Positions 8,621 to 18,622 of a stretch of DNA of 64,000 nt are shown piece after piece. The stretch lies in IMG/VR virus record IMGVR_UViG_3300021138_000003. The stretch is one strand, 5' to 3'. The number at the start of each line of letters is the position of its first letter. The stretch's first letter is position 1. The position numbers and the translations under genes are program-made. The stretch comes from an uncultured virus (IMG/VR IMGVR_UViG_3300021138_000003). Lineage: Duplodnaviria; Heunggongvirae; Uroviricota; Caudoviricetes. The notes under the pieces were generated by a model. The model was not told where the DNA came from, ran no database searches, and worked only from the letters and a program-made list of their open reading frames with translations.

Positions 8621-9706
8621 ATGATACCTAAAGTACTTTTTATCCTCAAACGTCGAGAGGATTATAACAGTGAAAAACATAGCCATGTGGGATTATCCAC
8701 AGGTTTGTACAATTCTGCCAGTTTCGTAGTAGACATGCTTAACGATGTAGGTGTTGAATCAATTCTCGAAGTTGCCATTGACAATAATTGTATCGATAGA
8801 TTAGTTACAGCACACAAACCGACCCACGTAATTGTTGAAGCACTGTGGGTAGTACCAAGTAAATTCACAGTATTAACTAAACTGCATCCAAATGTAAAAT
8901 GGATTATTCGACTTCATAGTGAAATGCCTTTCATGGCAGGTGAAGGAATGGCCATGGATTGGTTAGGTGATTATATCAAATTTCCACAGATTTCAATCGG
9001 TATTAACGCTCCACGAATGCTAAATGAAATTCGAACTTATTTGGCCACCGTAATGGGATACAACGACGATGAGATCGAAAACCGTGTTGTATATATGCCA
9101 AACTTTTATCCACAAGAATACAAAACTAAGAAATTCTTGCCTACAGGAAAATACAAAGGTAAGAAGTATTGGATCGATATCTGCTGTTTCGGTGCAGTGC
9201 GACCATTAAAAAATCACATGGAACAGGCGGTTGCCGCAGTTAAATTTGCCAATAAGCATCAACTTCAGCTAAGATTTCATATTAACTCAGGTCGCATCGA
9301 AATGCAGGGAAGTCCTGCATTACATAACTTGCAGGGATTTTTCCAGCATCTTAACGAGCACGGACACCAGCTTATTAGTCATGAATGGACTCCTAGAGAG
9401 CAATTTTTGGAACTTTGTGCAACAATGGATATCGGACTACAATGCAATTTCTCAGAAACATTCAATATTGTATCAGCGGACTTGATTAGTCAAGGCGTAC
9501 CTATTGTGGGATGTGAAGAAATTCCATGGTCCTTTCATATGTTTAACGCAAAGCCTGCATTTAGCGATGATATTGCTGAAAAAATAGAATATACATTTAA
9601 GAGCCCTAGATTAAATGTTTGGGCTCACCAGAAGAAATTAACCAATTATACCAACAAAACCAAGAAGATTTGGATTAAATACTTCAATAAGGAGATGCAA
9701 CAATGA
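8621..9706 (+). CDS. Glycosyltransferase (GT-B fold)
   Basis: FGAVRPLKN, SETFNIVSAD..SQGVP GT4-like motif. Confidence 0.7.
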   Translation: MIPKVLFILKRREDYNSEKHSHVGLSTGLYNSASFVVDMLNDVGVESILEVAIDNNCIDRLVTAHKPTHVIVEALWVVPSKFTVLTKLHPNVKWIIRLHSEMPFMAGEGMAMDWLGDYIKFPQISIGINAPRMLNEIRTYLATVMGYNDDEIENRVVYMPNFYPQEYKTKKFLPTGKYKGKKYWIDICCFGAVRPLKNHMEQAVAAVKFANKHQLQLRFHINSGRIEMQGSPALHNLQGFFQHLNEHGHQLISHEWTPREQFLELCATMDIGLQCNFSETFNIVSADLISQGVPIVGCEEIPWSFHMFNAKPAFSDDIAEKIEYTFKSPRLNVWAHQKKLTNYTNKTKKIWIKYFNKEMQQ

Positions 9707-9894
9707 AACACACAGTAAGAAGTCACCACTGGAACGCTGGTCGACTAGAAGTTAGAATTGAAGTATTTGAATCTTATGAACTCGCAATTGAGTTCTTAAG
9801 TTACCTATCTTTCCATTCTGCCAAAGTTTATAATGACCAAGGAATGCTCGTTTCGGAACATTCCCTACATGTATCTTCGGTTACATACGCTTAA
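9703..9894 (+). CDS. Hypothetical protein
   Basis: SD AAGGAG; overlaps upstream stop. Confidence 0.6.
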   Translation: MKHTVRSHHWNAGRLEVRIEVFESYELAIEFLSYLSFHSAKVYNDQGMLVSEHSLHVSSVTYA

Positions 9895-9945
9895 AATGTA
9901 TATTGCTCGTGGTCATATTATAATGTATAATACATAATTAGTAAT

Positions 9946-10047
9946 GCGGCCGTGAGCAAATATGGCAAAGCTCTCGACCTACTGGACGAGGATTAGGCGA
10001 CGTCTTAGACACAGCCTTTGGAGGTTCAAGCCCTCCCGGCCGCACCA
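9946..10047 (+). tRNA. Atypical tRNA-Leu-like RNA (anticodon undetermined)
   Basis: Acceptor GCGGCCG/CGGCCGC + A-CCA, D-arm AGC..TGGCAAA..GCT, T-arm GGAGG-TTCAAGC-CCTCC; two non-canonical central hairpins; upstream extended -10 TGTATAAT. Confidence 0.75.
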
Positions 10048-10069
10048 CTAACAATTTCAGGTTTTAAAC

Positions 10070-10954
10070 ATGACCGTACTGATTTTATCTAAATTATCTG
10101 AATCCTCATACGAAAATTCTAGACTAATCGAAAAATTTAAAGAGCATAACATCGTTGTTAGACTCGCACATCCTGACAAATTCGATATTGTTGTCGGCGG
10201 CGATATCAAAAACGGTGTAAAATATAATGGCGAAATTATTGATTTGCCGGAAATTGTTTTAACTAGAACAGGATCAGGAACTACAAAATTTGCAGATGCT
10301 TTAATACGCCAATTTGAAGAAGCTGGCGTGACCTGTATTAACAGCTCAGAAAGCATCAATATATCCAAAGATAAACTAAGAACTAGTCAATTATTAGCAA
10401 AAAGTAAATTACCTATCCCAAATACAATGTTGGTTAGGTTTCCTATATCACACGAAATTGTTCATCAAGAAATCGGTTGGCCATGCGTAGTTAAGGTAGT
10501 TACCGGAAGTTACGGTGACGGAGTTTATCTCTGTGAAAAACGCAAAGATTTTAAAAAGTTAATGGAACTAATCGATAGCTTAAAAAGTCAGAAAACGTTA
10601 ATCGTCCAAGAATATGTGAACACTAGACCAGGGGAAGATCTTCGAGTATTAGTAATCGGAGGTAAAGTCATCGGTGCAATGAGGCGGATCGGTGCAGAAG
10701 GCGAATTTCGAGCCAATATCACAGGTGGCGGGCGAGGAGAGCCGTTTGAAATAACTAATGAGATAGACTTCATTGCTCGAGAAACAGCAAAAGTATGTGG
10801 ACTTAGTATTGCCGGAATCGATTTGCTGTTTGACAAAGACAGTTTTAAAGTATGTGAAGCTAATTCCGCGCCGGGGTTCTCTGGATTCGAGCAATATTGC
10901 GGCATCGATGTTGCAGAAGAAATTGTCAAATACGTGAAATTTAAACTCTTGTAA
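10070..10954 (+). CDS. rimK: RimK-family ATP-grasp alpha-L-glutamate ligase
   Basis: KDKLRT, GSYGDGV, QEYV, DLRVLV, FRAN, AGIDLL, EANSAPGF. Confidence 0.85.
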   Translation: MTVLILSKLSESSYENSRLIEKFKEHNIVVRLAHPDKFDIVVGGDIKNGVKYNGEIIDLPEIVLTRTGSGTTKFADALIRQFEEAGVTCINSSESINISKDKLRTSQLLAKSKLPIPNTMLVRFPISHEIVHQEIGWPCVVKVVTGSYGDGVYLCEKRKDFKKLMELIDSLKSQKTLIVQEYVNTRPGEDLRVLVIGGKVIGAMRRIGAEGEFRANITGGGRGEPFEITNEIDFIARETAKVCGLSIAGIDLLFDKDSFKVCEANSAPGFSGFEQYCGIDVAEEIVKYVKFKLL

Positions 10955-10989
10955 TTTGATTTAAAGATGCTATAATACGAAAATAGCAA

Positions 10990-11595
10990 ATGAATAAACA
11001 TAACAAATATCATCAACTTTATATCGACATTGCCAGCCGCGTAGCTGAAGAAAGCCATGCACAAAGGCGAAAAGTCGGATCTATCATTGTCAAAGACGGT
11101 AGGATTATCTCTATGGGCTGGAATGGTATGCCATCCGGCTGGGATAACTGCTGCGAGGATAGAGTATACGCCAACGAATGGTCTATTGACAATGATGTAT
11201 GGAATTATGAGGACGAAAATGGTAGACCTTATAATTTAGTAACCAAACCCGAAGTGTTACACGCAGAAAGCAATGCGATTGCTAAATTAGCAAAATCAAC
11301 AGAATCAGGTAAAGACGGTGATTTATACATCACCTTAAGCCCATGTATCGAATGCGCTAAATTAATTCTCCAAACCGGTATATCAAGAGTCTTTTACAAA
11401 ACTGTATACCGCGATGTCTCGGGCATAAATTTTTTACTCAAATCTAATATTGAAGTAATACAAATGCAGGAAAACCAGCCTGTAGAGCCAGATCTTGCAT
11501 TAAATGAGATTTTTGACGATAAATTAGATAGTACAGCAATTACCCTGTTGTCAAATTGTCAAAATAAACTACTTAAGGACGAAAATGAAAAATAA
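10990..11595 (+). CDS. dCMP deaminase
   Basis: GWNGMPSG, HAESNAI, SPCIEC. Confidence 0.9.
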   Translation: MNKHNKYHQLYIDIASRVAEESHAQRRKVGSIIVKDGRIISMGWNGMPSGWDNCCEDRVYANEWSIDNDVWNYEDENGRPYNLVTKPEVLHAESNAIAKLAKSTESGKDGDLYITLSPCIECAKLILQTGISRVFYKTVYRDVSGINFLLKSNIEVIQMQENQPVEPDLALNEIFDDKLDSTAITLLSNCQNKLLKDENEK

Positions 11596-12310
11596 AGGTA
11601 AACTGCAAATTCCTGCTGCTAAGAAGGCAGCAACTCCGCCAATTCCGGTGCCGCAGACACCGCAGCCTGTGGGCAAGCAACAAACTCCACCGAGTGTTAT
11701 GATTCTTGTTCCAGCAATGGAAATGGTTAATGCTGAGTTTGCTCAGCATCTTGCAATGGCGTGTGCAAATCTTGTCGCTAATGGCGTTAGGATTAACTGT
11801 GCATTTAACATCGGAAGTGTTATCACGATTGCTCGTCGTAATCTAACTGACATTTTCATGAAGAGCGACTTTGATTTTGCTTGGTGGATCGATAGCGACA
11901 TGAAGTTTCCAATCGATGCTCCTCTCAAGCTTCTAAAGCGTGGTGTGCCACTAGTTGGTTGTAACTATCGTCGTCGCCGTTTTCCTAATCCAGGTTTTAC
12001 TGGAATGATGGGTTCGCCCGGTGCATTCACTGAGCTCGTCACTGACGACAATAGTCCTGCGATGCAGGAAGTAGACGTATTGCCACACGGTTGCGTAATG
12101 GTACATCGTTCAGTTTATGAAAAGATTCCACAGCCGCACTATCTACAGGATTTTGTTCCTGAAATGAATCTCGAAATTGGCGAAGATATCTACTTCTGTC
12201 AGAAGGCTAGAGAAAATGGTATTCCTGTTTGGTGCGATCACGAATTGAGCAAGGAAATTGCCCACATCGGTATTTTCCACTTCAATTATAATCTGTCAGT
12301 ACCACAGTAA
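11585..12310 (+). CDS. Glycosyltransferase-like protein (GT-A fold)
   Basis: ARRNL, WIDSDM (DxD), GEDIYFC, IAHIG. Confidence 0.7.
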   Translation: MKNKGKLQIPAAKKAATPPIPVPQTPQPVGKQQTPPSVMILVPAMEMVNAEFAQHLAMACANLVANGVRINCAFNIGSVITIARRNLTDIFMKSDFDFAWWIDSDMKFPIDAPLKLLKRGVPLVGCNYRRRRFPNPGFTGMMGSPGAFTELVTDDNSPAMQEVDVLPHGCVMVHRSVYEKIPQPHYLQDFVPEMNLEIGEDIYFCQKARENGIPVWCDHELSKEIAHIGIFHFNYNLSVPQ

Positions 12311-12322
12311 GAAAGTACGAAT

Positions 12323-12481
12323 ATGGACTTTGAAGCAATCGAACTTCGCAAGGTTAAAAACGGTGTTATCGTTTCGTTGCGTACAACGGATGAAGATAGC
12401 GAATACGTTTTTGATACTAACCGAAAAGCATTACGGTTTGTCAAAGACCTATTAGAAGGGAAAGTATCGACTGATACTTAA
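12323..12481 (+). CDS. Small hypothetical protein (52 aa)
   Basis: MDFEAIELRKVKNGVIV...; fills gap between genes. Confidence 0.55.
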   Translation: MDFEAIELRKVKNGVIVSLRTTDEDSEYVFDTNRKALRFVKDLLEGKVSTDT

Positions 12482-12489
12482 AATTTGAT

Positions 12490-12930
12490 ATGAAAACAGA
12501 ATACAATATCAAAGATACAGTTTGGATTCACATGGGAGAGCGTAAGCTCACTAAAGGTCGAGTAGTTGAGATTATTGACCTCGAACATTTGAATGAAAAA
12601 TATAATCCAGATTATGAACTGTATGTAATCGAAGTACAGACGGGTATTGATCCCGTCTACGAAGTAAGAGATTTTGGACAAATTAGTCCAGATTCGCAAG
12701 GGCCTATTGCATTATTTCGTCGAGAAGGGTTAGATGGTGCAAATCGATACTTAAAAAAGGTAGGTTTGCCTATTCCGCAGGGTTTTGAAGAATGGAACGA
12801 AACGAAACCATCTCCTACACCAAAAACAAATGGGGTAATACGTACAGATCCATTGATAGTACCAATGCCTCCTGTTTCTAAACCTAAAAAGAAACGATAT
12901 TACCGCGGTAAGGCTAAAAAGCCAGCATAA
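12490..12930 (+). CDS. Hypothetical protein
   Basis: ORF with basic C-terminal tail. Confidence 0.65.
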   Translation: MKTEYNIKDTVWIHMGERKLTKGRVVEIIDLEHLNEKYNPDYELYVIEVQTGIDPVYEVRDFGQISPDSQGPIALFRREGLDGANRYLKKVGLPIPQGFEEWNETKPSPTPKTNGVIRTDPLIVPMPPVSKPKKKRYYRGKAKKPA

Positions 12931-13241
12931 TGCTGATTAGAAAGCCAGAAGACTATAAATTCTACCAATACAAAATGTTGGACGACACAGTTGTTGAATA
13001 CAAACGACTCGTCGTCCACCATTTTGAAATAGACGACAGCCAGCACATCGTCGATATAAATATCGTCGAGCGGTTAGCCGAATGGGCAAATTCCGAACGC
13101 GGTCAATGGATCTTGAAAAATGCTGCCGAGGATCCTTATTATGATTCCTATCGTCGTCCAGAAACATGGACTATAGAGTTCAAAGTAGTAGCAACGTTTG
13201 AACTCAAAAAACTTTCAGAATATTACCTAAGATTTAGTTGA
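12930..13241 (+). CDS. Hypothetical protein
   Basis: ORF translationally coupled via TAATG. Confidence 0.65.
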   Translation: MLIRKPEDYKFYQYKMLDDTVVEYKRLVVHHFEIDDSQHIVDINIVERLAEWANSERGQWILKNAAEDPYYDSYRRPETWTIEFKVVATFELKKLSEYYLRFS

Positions 13242-13266
13242 CTTCATACAAAGAAGTTAGTATAAT
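13238..13266 (+). promoter_or_regulatory. sigma70-like early promoter (near-leaderless transcript)
   Basis: TTGACT-17nt-TATAAT; ATG begins 7 nt after the -10 box. Confidence 0.75.
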
Positions 13267-13272
13267 AGTCAA

Positions 13273-13812
13273 ATGAAACTAACTTGCCTTGACCTCGAAA
13301 TGAATCAGCCTAGCGGCAAGATCATCCAAATTGGTGCCGTTATCGGTGATACCAGTTCGGGAGTAATTTCTCATAGACTACGGATTTATGTAAATCCAAA
13401 TGAAACTCTTAATCCCGAAATTATTAAGTTGTGCGATATTTCACAAGAGCAGGTTGATTCAGGGTGTACACTTGAAGAAGCTTATCTGCAATTAAAAGAG
13501 TTTCATAAAAACTCAGACTTTATCAATCCAGTAACGTGGGGTGGCAGCGACAGTGAGGAACTTCGTGCGCAACTCGATCCCGCAGTATGCGATGATTGGT
13601 GTTTCGGTCGTCGATGGATCGATGCTAAAACTGTGGCTGTAACTCGCATGATATTACGCGATGATAAAATTTATAGCGGCGGACTTAGCACTACAATGAA
13701 AAGGTATGGCCTAAAATTCCAAGGTCATGCACATGATGCTCAAACTGATGCAGAAAATACTTTTAGAATGTACAATCATATGTTATACTTGATGCGTAGT
13801 GGGAGTTTCTAA
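13273..13812 (+). CDS. DEDDh 3'-5' exonuclease
   Basis: LDLE, IIQIGAV, WID, HDAQTDAENT. Confidence 0.85.
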   Translation: MKLTCLDLEMNQPSGKIIQIGAVIGDTSSGVISHRLRIYVNPNETLNPEIIKLCDISQEQVDSGCTLEEAYLQLKEFHKNSDFINPVTWGGSDSEELRAQLDPAVCDDWCFGRRWIDAKTVAVTRMILRDDKIYSGGLSTTMKRYGLKFQGHAHDAQTDAENTFRMYNHMLYLMRSGSF

Positions 13813-14048
13813 TGGCAAGAGAATATCGTAAAGTTGATGAAAATTGTGATGTTACCTGTTTAGAAAACGGCAGAACCACATCAGCAGTTGTATTAGAATT
13901 CAAGGAACATCTTAAACTAACTGTTGTATTGAACAAGGCGATTAAGCTACATTTATTGTGGAATGGCCGTAAATATCTAGGTAAGAGTTCGGGCCTAGAA
14001 TTTGCAAGTGATGGACCGAACATTACAACTTATAGCGCAGGACGTTAA
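13812..14048 (+). CDS. Hypothetical protein
   Basis: Coupled ORF. Confidence 0.6.
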   Translation: MAREYRKVDENCDVTCLENGRTTSAVVLEFKEHLKLTVVLNKAIKLHLLWNGRKYLGKSSGLEFASDGPNITTYSAGR

Positions 14049-14050
14049 TT

Positions 14051-14278
14051 ATGACCGATGAAATTAAAATTCGATTCGAGCCCGGATGCTTTGACGATTT
14101 TGAAGGGACACAGGAAGAACTTGACGAATTTGTTAATATGATCAAGGATCTTGTTCAAAGTGATGAATTTCAAGCAAGGATCAGCGAAGTAGAAGAAGGC
14201 GATTACATCTACGATGACGAAGAAGCTGCAGAAATTCTAGATAAGTTTAAAGGCAACGCTAACAAAACTGTACATTAA
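14051..14278 (+). CDS. Acidic hypothetical protein
   Basis: ORF; PGCFDDFEGTQEELD. Confidence 0.65.
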   Translation: MTDEIKIRFEPGCFDDFEGTQEELDEFVNMIKDLVQSDEFQARISEVEEGDYIYDDEEAAEILDKFKGNANKTVH

Positions 14279-14287
14279 GGAGTTGTT

Positions 14288-14617
14288 ATGAAGGCGCAGA
14301 CACCGGCAGAAGGTATTTTGCTCCAGCGAGATTGGGGCAAGGCAAAGACATATTCTATTGAATGTGAATGCACTGATCCTGATCATGCACATACATTAGA
14401 TGTAGAAGCCGATAAAGATTTCGGTGTTACTGCGACTATCTGGACCACTGCTCATGTTCCCCTTTGGAGCGTTAGTCGTTGGAAGTTAATTTGGCAGTTG
14501 CTTACCAAAGGCGAAGTCAAGTACGAAGTTGCTCTTATCCTTCGTGAGCAGCAGGCACTTAACTATGCCCAAGCACTCAAGAAAGCGATCAAGGACGTAA
14601 AGGAATTTAAGCGATGA
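14288..14617 (+). CDS. Hypothetical protein
   Basis: SD AAGGAG; CECxxxxH. Confidence 0.65.
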   Translation: MKAQTPAEGILLQRDWGKAKTYSIECECTDPDHAHTLDVEADKDFGVTATIWTTAHVPLWSVSRWKLIWQLLTKGEVKYEVALILREQQALNYAQALKKAIKDVKEFKR

Positions 14618-15429
14618 GAAACTATTGGACCTGTTCAAAATTTGCTGACTGGCTTCGTGGTACCCCTAAGCTCAAGTGGGGCACTGGCGACGAGTGGAAA
14701 GACTGGAAAACCAAAGCCCGGGCAGCACACCCTATCCGTTGGTGGCTAGCCGAAGAAGGTCTTGATCATATTCAAGATGTTGTCATGTATATTCCGGAGA
14801 AAATTCGCAGTGTTCGATATTATATTAATAATCGCTTTATTACCCGTAGTAATTGCCTTGTTGCTCATCCTCGTGATATTGCGCCTGGCACTTGGCGTGA
14901 TGTGGGTGATCGATTACTTCCTTGCCTTTTTAATTCGCTTGTTGACTTCGTCGAAGTCGAAACCGCGTGGATGATGGTAGTTTGGGACGAAGAAGCCAGT
15001 AAGAAGTACAAAACTTCGTGGCTTCGTCGTCAAGGGTGGTGTACATGGCGTAGTCGCGACGCCGGTCTTGCACACCTCGATTGGGCAGCCGGCCTTACTC
15101 ATAACGAGGAATGGGTCGACAAGGACAGCCCTAACTATAGTAAACCAACTCCTCAGGCTCTGCAGGCAATGGAGATTAAGGCTCTTTACCTTTGGTGGAC
15201 TGAAGTCTATCCTAATCGTCCAGAACCCTACGATGTAAGCGGGTGGAGTGCATACTGTGATGAAAAGCGTAAGCGCGGTATCGATGTTTTTGAAACCGAT
15301 CCCCAGGAAAACAAGGAAGAATCTCGTAGGCTTCTAGATACACTGCATGATCTCGAAGCAAAGTATGAAGCAGAAGACGAAGAAATGATGATTCGTCTTA
15401 TCAAAGTACGCAATGGGCTTTGGACATGA
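14614..15429 (+). CDS. Trp-rich hypothetical phage protein
   Basis: Long ORF with phage codon usage. Confidence 0.75.
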   Translation: MRNYWTCSKFADWLRGTPKLKWGTGDEWKDWKTKARAAHPIRWWLAEEGLDHIQDVVMYIPEKIRSVRYYINNRFITRSNCLVAHPRDIAPGTWRDVGDRLLPCLFNSLVDFVEVETAWMMVVWDEEASKKYKTSWLRRQGWCTWRSRDAGLAHLDWAAGLTHNEEWVDKDSPNYSKPTPQALQAMEIKALYLWWTEVYPNRPEPYDVSGWSAYCDEKRKRGIDVFETDPQENKEESRRLLDTLHDLEAKYEAEDEEMMIRLIKVRNGLWT

Positions 15430-15782
15430 TCGGATTTACTATTGTAATTGCGCTGATAATAGCATATTATTTTGTTGTAGCATATAAAAATGCACTACTA
15501 CAAAAGAGAGAACAGGTTGTTAGATATCTCAATGAAATTATTCATACTGTAGAGGTTGAAAAAATCAATGGTATCGAATATTGGTATGATTTTGATAATC
15601 ATAAATTTCTTGGCCAAGGTGGAACATTTGATGAAGTACTTAAAGTTGTCAAATCTAGGTTTCCCGACCATATATTTCTATTCAAAGATCATAACGGCGG
15701 ACTTTGCGCTAAAACAAATTGGCAAATAGTCCCCTTTGATGAACTAAAGAAGCTCGATCTTGCAACCAGAGAAGGAAAATAA
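15426..15782 (+). CDS. Membrane-anchored hypothetical protein
   Basis: N-terminal TM helix. Confidence 0.65.
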   Translation: MIGFTIVIALIIAYYFVVAYKNALLQKREQVVRYLNEIIHTVEVEKINGIEYWYDFDNHKFLGQGGTFDEVLKVVKSRFPDHIFLFKDHNGGLCAKTNWQIVPFDELKKLDLATREGK

Positions 15783-15783
15783 T

Positions 15784-16449
15784 ATGTCAAATATCGAAAC
15801 TCCAAAGACCTATACTATCAGAATGCACGGGAATGGCGGAGAAGTTGTTCTAGGTAAAGTGCCTACCAGGATCTACGATTATTTCGTAGAAAACGACATC
15901 GATCTTGCAGAGTTTTCCAATGATTGGCAAGACAATCAGATCGAAGATGATGATCTTCATCCGTTTGATCCAGGTGCTTGGTTCGACTGTGACGAAATTG
16001 CACACGAATCCGGTGTCGAAATGGATGAATCGAACGTTATAGAAGTATTCGACCAAGACGGCAACATTGTTTGGGCATGTAACTTAGATGCTGCTAATCT
16101 AGAAGAAATCGGTTGCGAAGTACTAACTGGACTCGACATCGATGCATCCGATCAAAAAGAGGGGTCTGTTGTATTCTATGGTCAACAATTCGAAAAAGGT
16201 GTGTTTTTTGAAGGGACTATCGAATTAACTGAGCCGTTTGATGTTACTAAACTAAAATTTCTTTGCACAGAAATCGAAGGTTGGTGTGTATGCAGCGACA
16301 TCGAATATGATAATGTTGTCATTGACGGGGAAGAAGGTGATATCGAAGAAGACAGTAATTATGTCGCATTCATTAAAATTCTCAAGGACGGCGATACACA
16401 GGTGTATATCGGACCCAATGACGAATATTCTTCAGTATCATGTCTATAA
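15784..16449 (+). CDS. Highly acidic hypothetical protein
   Basis: SD AAGGA; D/E-rich. Confidence 0.7.
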   Translation: MSNIETPKTYTIRMHGNGGEVVLGKVPTRIYDYFVENDIDLAEFSNDWQDNQIEDDDLHPFDPGAWFDCDEIAHESGVEMDESNVIEVFDQDGNIVWACNLDAANLEEIGCEVLTGLDIDASDQKEGSVVFYGQQFEKGVFFEGTIELTEPFDVTKLKFLCTEIEGWCVCSDIEYDNVVIDGEEGDIEEDSNYVAFIKILKDGDTQVYIGPNDEYSSVSCL

Positions 16450-16931
16450 GCAAAAGTCCACATCGTAATACCTTTCAACGAGATTGCTACGTTGAAGGCA
16501 AGATGAAGGAAGGTGTCTTGCCTGACCCCGAAATGTTAGATTATTATCTTCAAGTACAACGAAATTCTGAACACAAATTCGATGATCCTAAGAGTCGTGA
16601 ATCCAATTTAGAATATGATTTGCGTTCTACCGATTGGATTTTAGAAAAGGTTCGTGGGTCAGACGTATATGCTCAACACCTTTATGCTGCACTATGTAAC
16701 AATGATTTTACCAAATTAGAAGTTATTCAAATACTTAAAGAAGAAAAATGGTCATGTTCGTGGCGGTATGCCGGAGGCATTATCGCAGATATGCAGGAAA
16801 AAGGTGACTACGTGGACTGGTACTGTTCCGGATCTTGGGGCGATTCAGATGGGCTAGTTCACGAAGGAGAAATAACTGATGAAATACGCAGTGATCTTAA
16901 GCGACTAGGTTGGGCTGTAGTTTCCAATTGA
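16440..16931 (+). CDS. Hypothetical phage protein
   Basis: YAQHLYAALCNN, WSCSWRYAGGIIA, DWYCSG. Confidence 0.75.
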   Translation: MSISKSPHRNTFQRDCYVEGKMKEGVLPDPEMLDYYLQVQRNSEHKFDDPKSRESNLEYDLRSTDWILEKVRGSDVYAQHLYAALCNNDFTKLEVIQILKEEKWSCSWRYAGGIIADMQEKGDYVDWYCSGSWGDSDGLVHEGEITDEIRSDLKRLGWAVVSN

Positions 16932-16956
16932 CTAAATCAATACTTTAATGTATAAT
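16928..16956 (+). promoter_or_regulatory. sigma70-like early promoter
   Basis: TTGACT-17nt-TATAAT. Confidence 0.8.
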
Positions 16957-16985
16957 CTAAGCTGTAACATAGATAAGGAGATATC

Positions 16986-18227
16986 ATGGCTGTAGCTGTT
17001 AAAGCGGCCCCTAAGGGCTTGACTGTTCGTAAGAAAAAAGCAAGACCGCCTGCTGTTCGTCGAGGCGGCAAGAAGATCGGTCCTAGCTTCGATGGCTGGG
17101 AAAAGCTAGATGGATACAAGTATGGTCGGATGATAGAGTCTGCTCGATCTTTTTATTACGAACATTTTCAATCTGCAGATCTTGAGCCAGATGTTTGGGA
17201 ATGGATGAAGGCAAACGATTATAGTGTTGCCGATATTCGTGCTGCTAAGGCACACGGTATTAGCATCAATATTGCAATTGTTTGCAGGATGCTCAACACA
17301 GGCATGCCAGATTTTAATCCATTGTATGCAACATACTGGGAAAGCCTAGCAGGTACCAGTGGCAGTATTCGTCCTAGTTCAACTTTTATCCGTGAACGAC
17401 TTGCAGAAGCAATCGAAAAAGGTTCGAACAAAGTAGTCGAAGAAAAGGTTGCAGAAAAGAAAAAAGTCAATGTGTATGTTCCTACTATTCAGGAACGTAT
17501 GCGCGAAGTTGCGTATGCAATGGCTGACGAAATTGACGAAGCAATTGATAGCTTTATCACTGATCCAAATGCGTTTGATCCCGCATCTTACAAGATTGCA
17601 GCAATGCTTCGCGGCAAGCAAGCAAAGGCAGCACATGCACGATTGATTAAAAATCTTTATGTCAAGGATCTTGCAGAATTTACTCAGCTTGTAAGCGTAG
17701 ATTGTCCTAAGGATTTAATGGAAGGCTACACAGTCTATGGCAAGAAGAACATCAAGAAAATGTTCGACTTCTTAACTCAGGTTGTGAATGCATGTGATCA
17801 AATTGCTGGCGAAGCTAAGATTGCCCGCGCTCCTCGCGCCAAGAAGGCAAAACCCGCAGAAGATCAAGTTAAAAAAATCAAATTCAAGGCAACTGACGAC
17901 CGATATAACATTGCTAGTGTGCCTGCATCGCAGTTAGTAGGTGCGGTTGCTGTAGTAGTGTTTAACACAAAAACTCGCAAGCTAGGATTTTATGTTGCAG
18001 ATGCAACATCACAGGTACTCGGTGTCAAAGGAACATCTATTATAGGTTTTGATACAAAGAGAAGCATTCAGAAAACTCTGCGCAAACCCGAACTACAGCT
18101 TAAAGAATTTAAAGCCATCGGTACGCAGAAACGTATGCAAACTTGGTTTGAAGGAATTAAAACTACAGAGACCGTTCTCAACGGACGTATTAATGCAGAA
18201 GTTATGATCTTAAAGGTGTGGAAATGA
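16986..18227 (+). CDS. Basic hypothetical phage protein
   Basis: 413-aa ORF, SD AAGGAG, own promoter. Confidence 0.8.
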   Translation: MAVAVKAAPKGLTVRKKKARPPAVRRGGKKIGPSFDGWEKLDGYKYGRMIESARSFYYEHFQSADLEPDVWEWMKANDYSVADIRAAKAHGISINIAIVCRMLNTGMPDFNPLYATYWESLAGTSGSIRPSSTFIRERLAEAIEKGSNKVVEEKVAEKKKVNVYVPTIQERMREVAYAMADEIDEAIDSFITDPNAFDPASYKIAAMLRGKQAKAAHARLIKNLYVKDLAEFTQLVSVDCPKDLMEGYTVYGKKNIKKMFDFLTQVVNACDQIAGEAKIARAPRAKKAKPAEDQVKKIKFKATDDRYNIASVPASQLVGAVAVVVFNTKTRKLGFYVADATSQVLGVKGTSIIGFDTKRSIQKTLRKPELQLKEFKAIGTQKRMQTWFEGIKTTETVLNGRINAEVMILKVWK

Positions 18228-18619
18228 AAATAGGAACTTCATATAGCCGTTGCTTGCTTGATATTTTTGAAGGCCGAGTTGACATCAATGATGTGATGGT
18301 CATTGTTGCTCGAACGGATTTCGATCCGTTCGACGATGATCAGTGGTCCAACATTTGGCATGGATACCACGACGATCCTTATTCTTTTAGCCATCCAGAA
18401 TGGGCTCGTTTAAAGGACGAGGATGAAGAACGAATGCGTGATCTAAGCAAAGAAATTTACGACACTGGTAAATTACACCAGCCTCGTAAATTTGGTGCGC
18501 ATCCTCGGCGCATGGAACAATATTGGTATGATCTAATTCTTACCGAAGACGTCAAAGACTCTAATCCCGCAGTCAAGAAAGCGTGGGATCAATATCGAAT
18601 GTTAGCACACTTAGTATAA
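18224..18619 (+). CDS. Hypothetical protein
   Basis: MKIGTSYSRC..., GKLHQPR. Confidence 0.7.
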   Translation: MKIGTSYSRCLLDIFEGRVDINDVMVIVARTDFDPFDDDQWSNIWHGYHDDPYSFSHPEWARLKDEDEERMRDLSKEIYDTGKLHQPRKFGAHPRRMEQYWYDLILTEDVKDSNPAVKKAWDQYRMLAHLV

Positions 18620-18622
18620 GGA

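Noticed and set aside
9973..9990. Amber-suppressor (CUA) anticodon in the tRNA-like gene
   Set aside because: CTA lies in an 8-nt loop without U33 or a purine 37, so it is not a credible anticodon.
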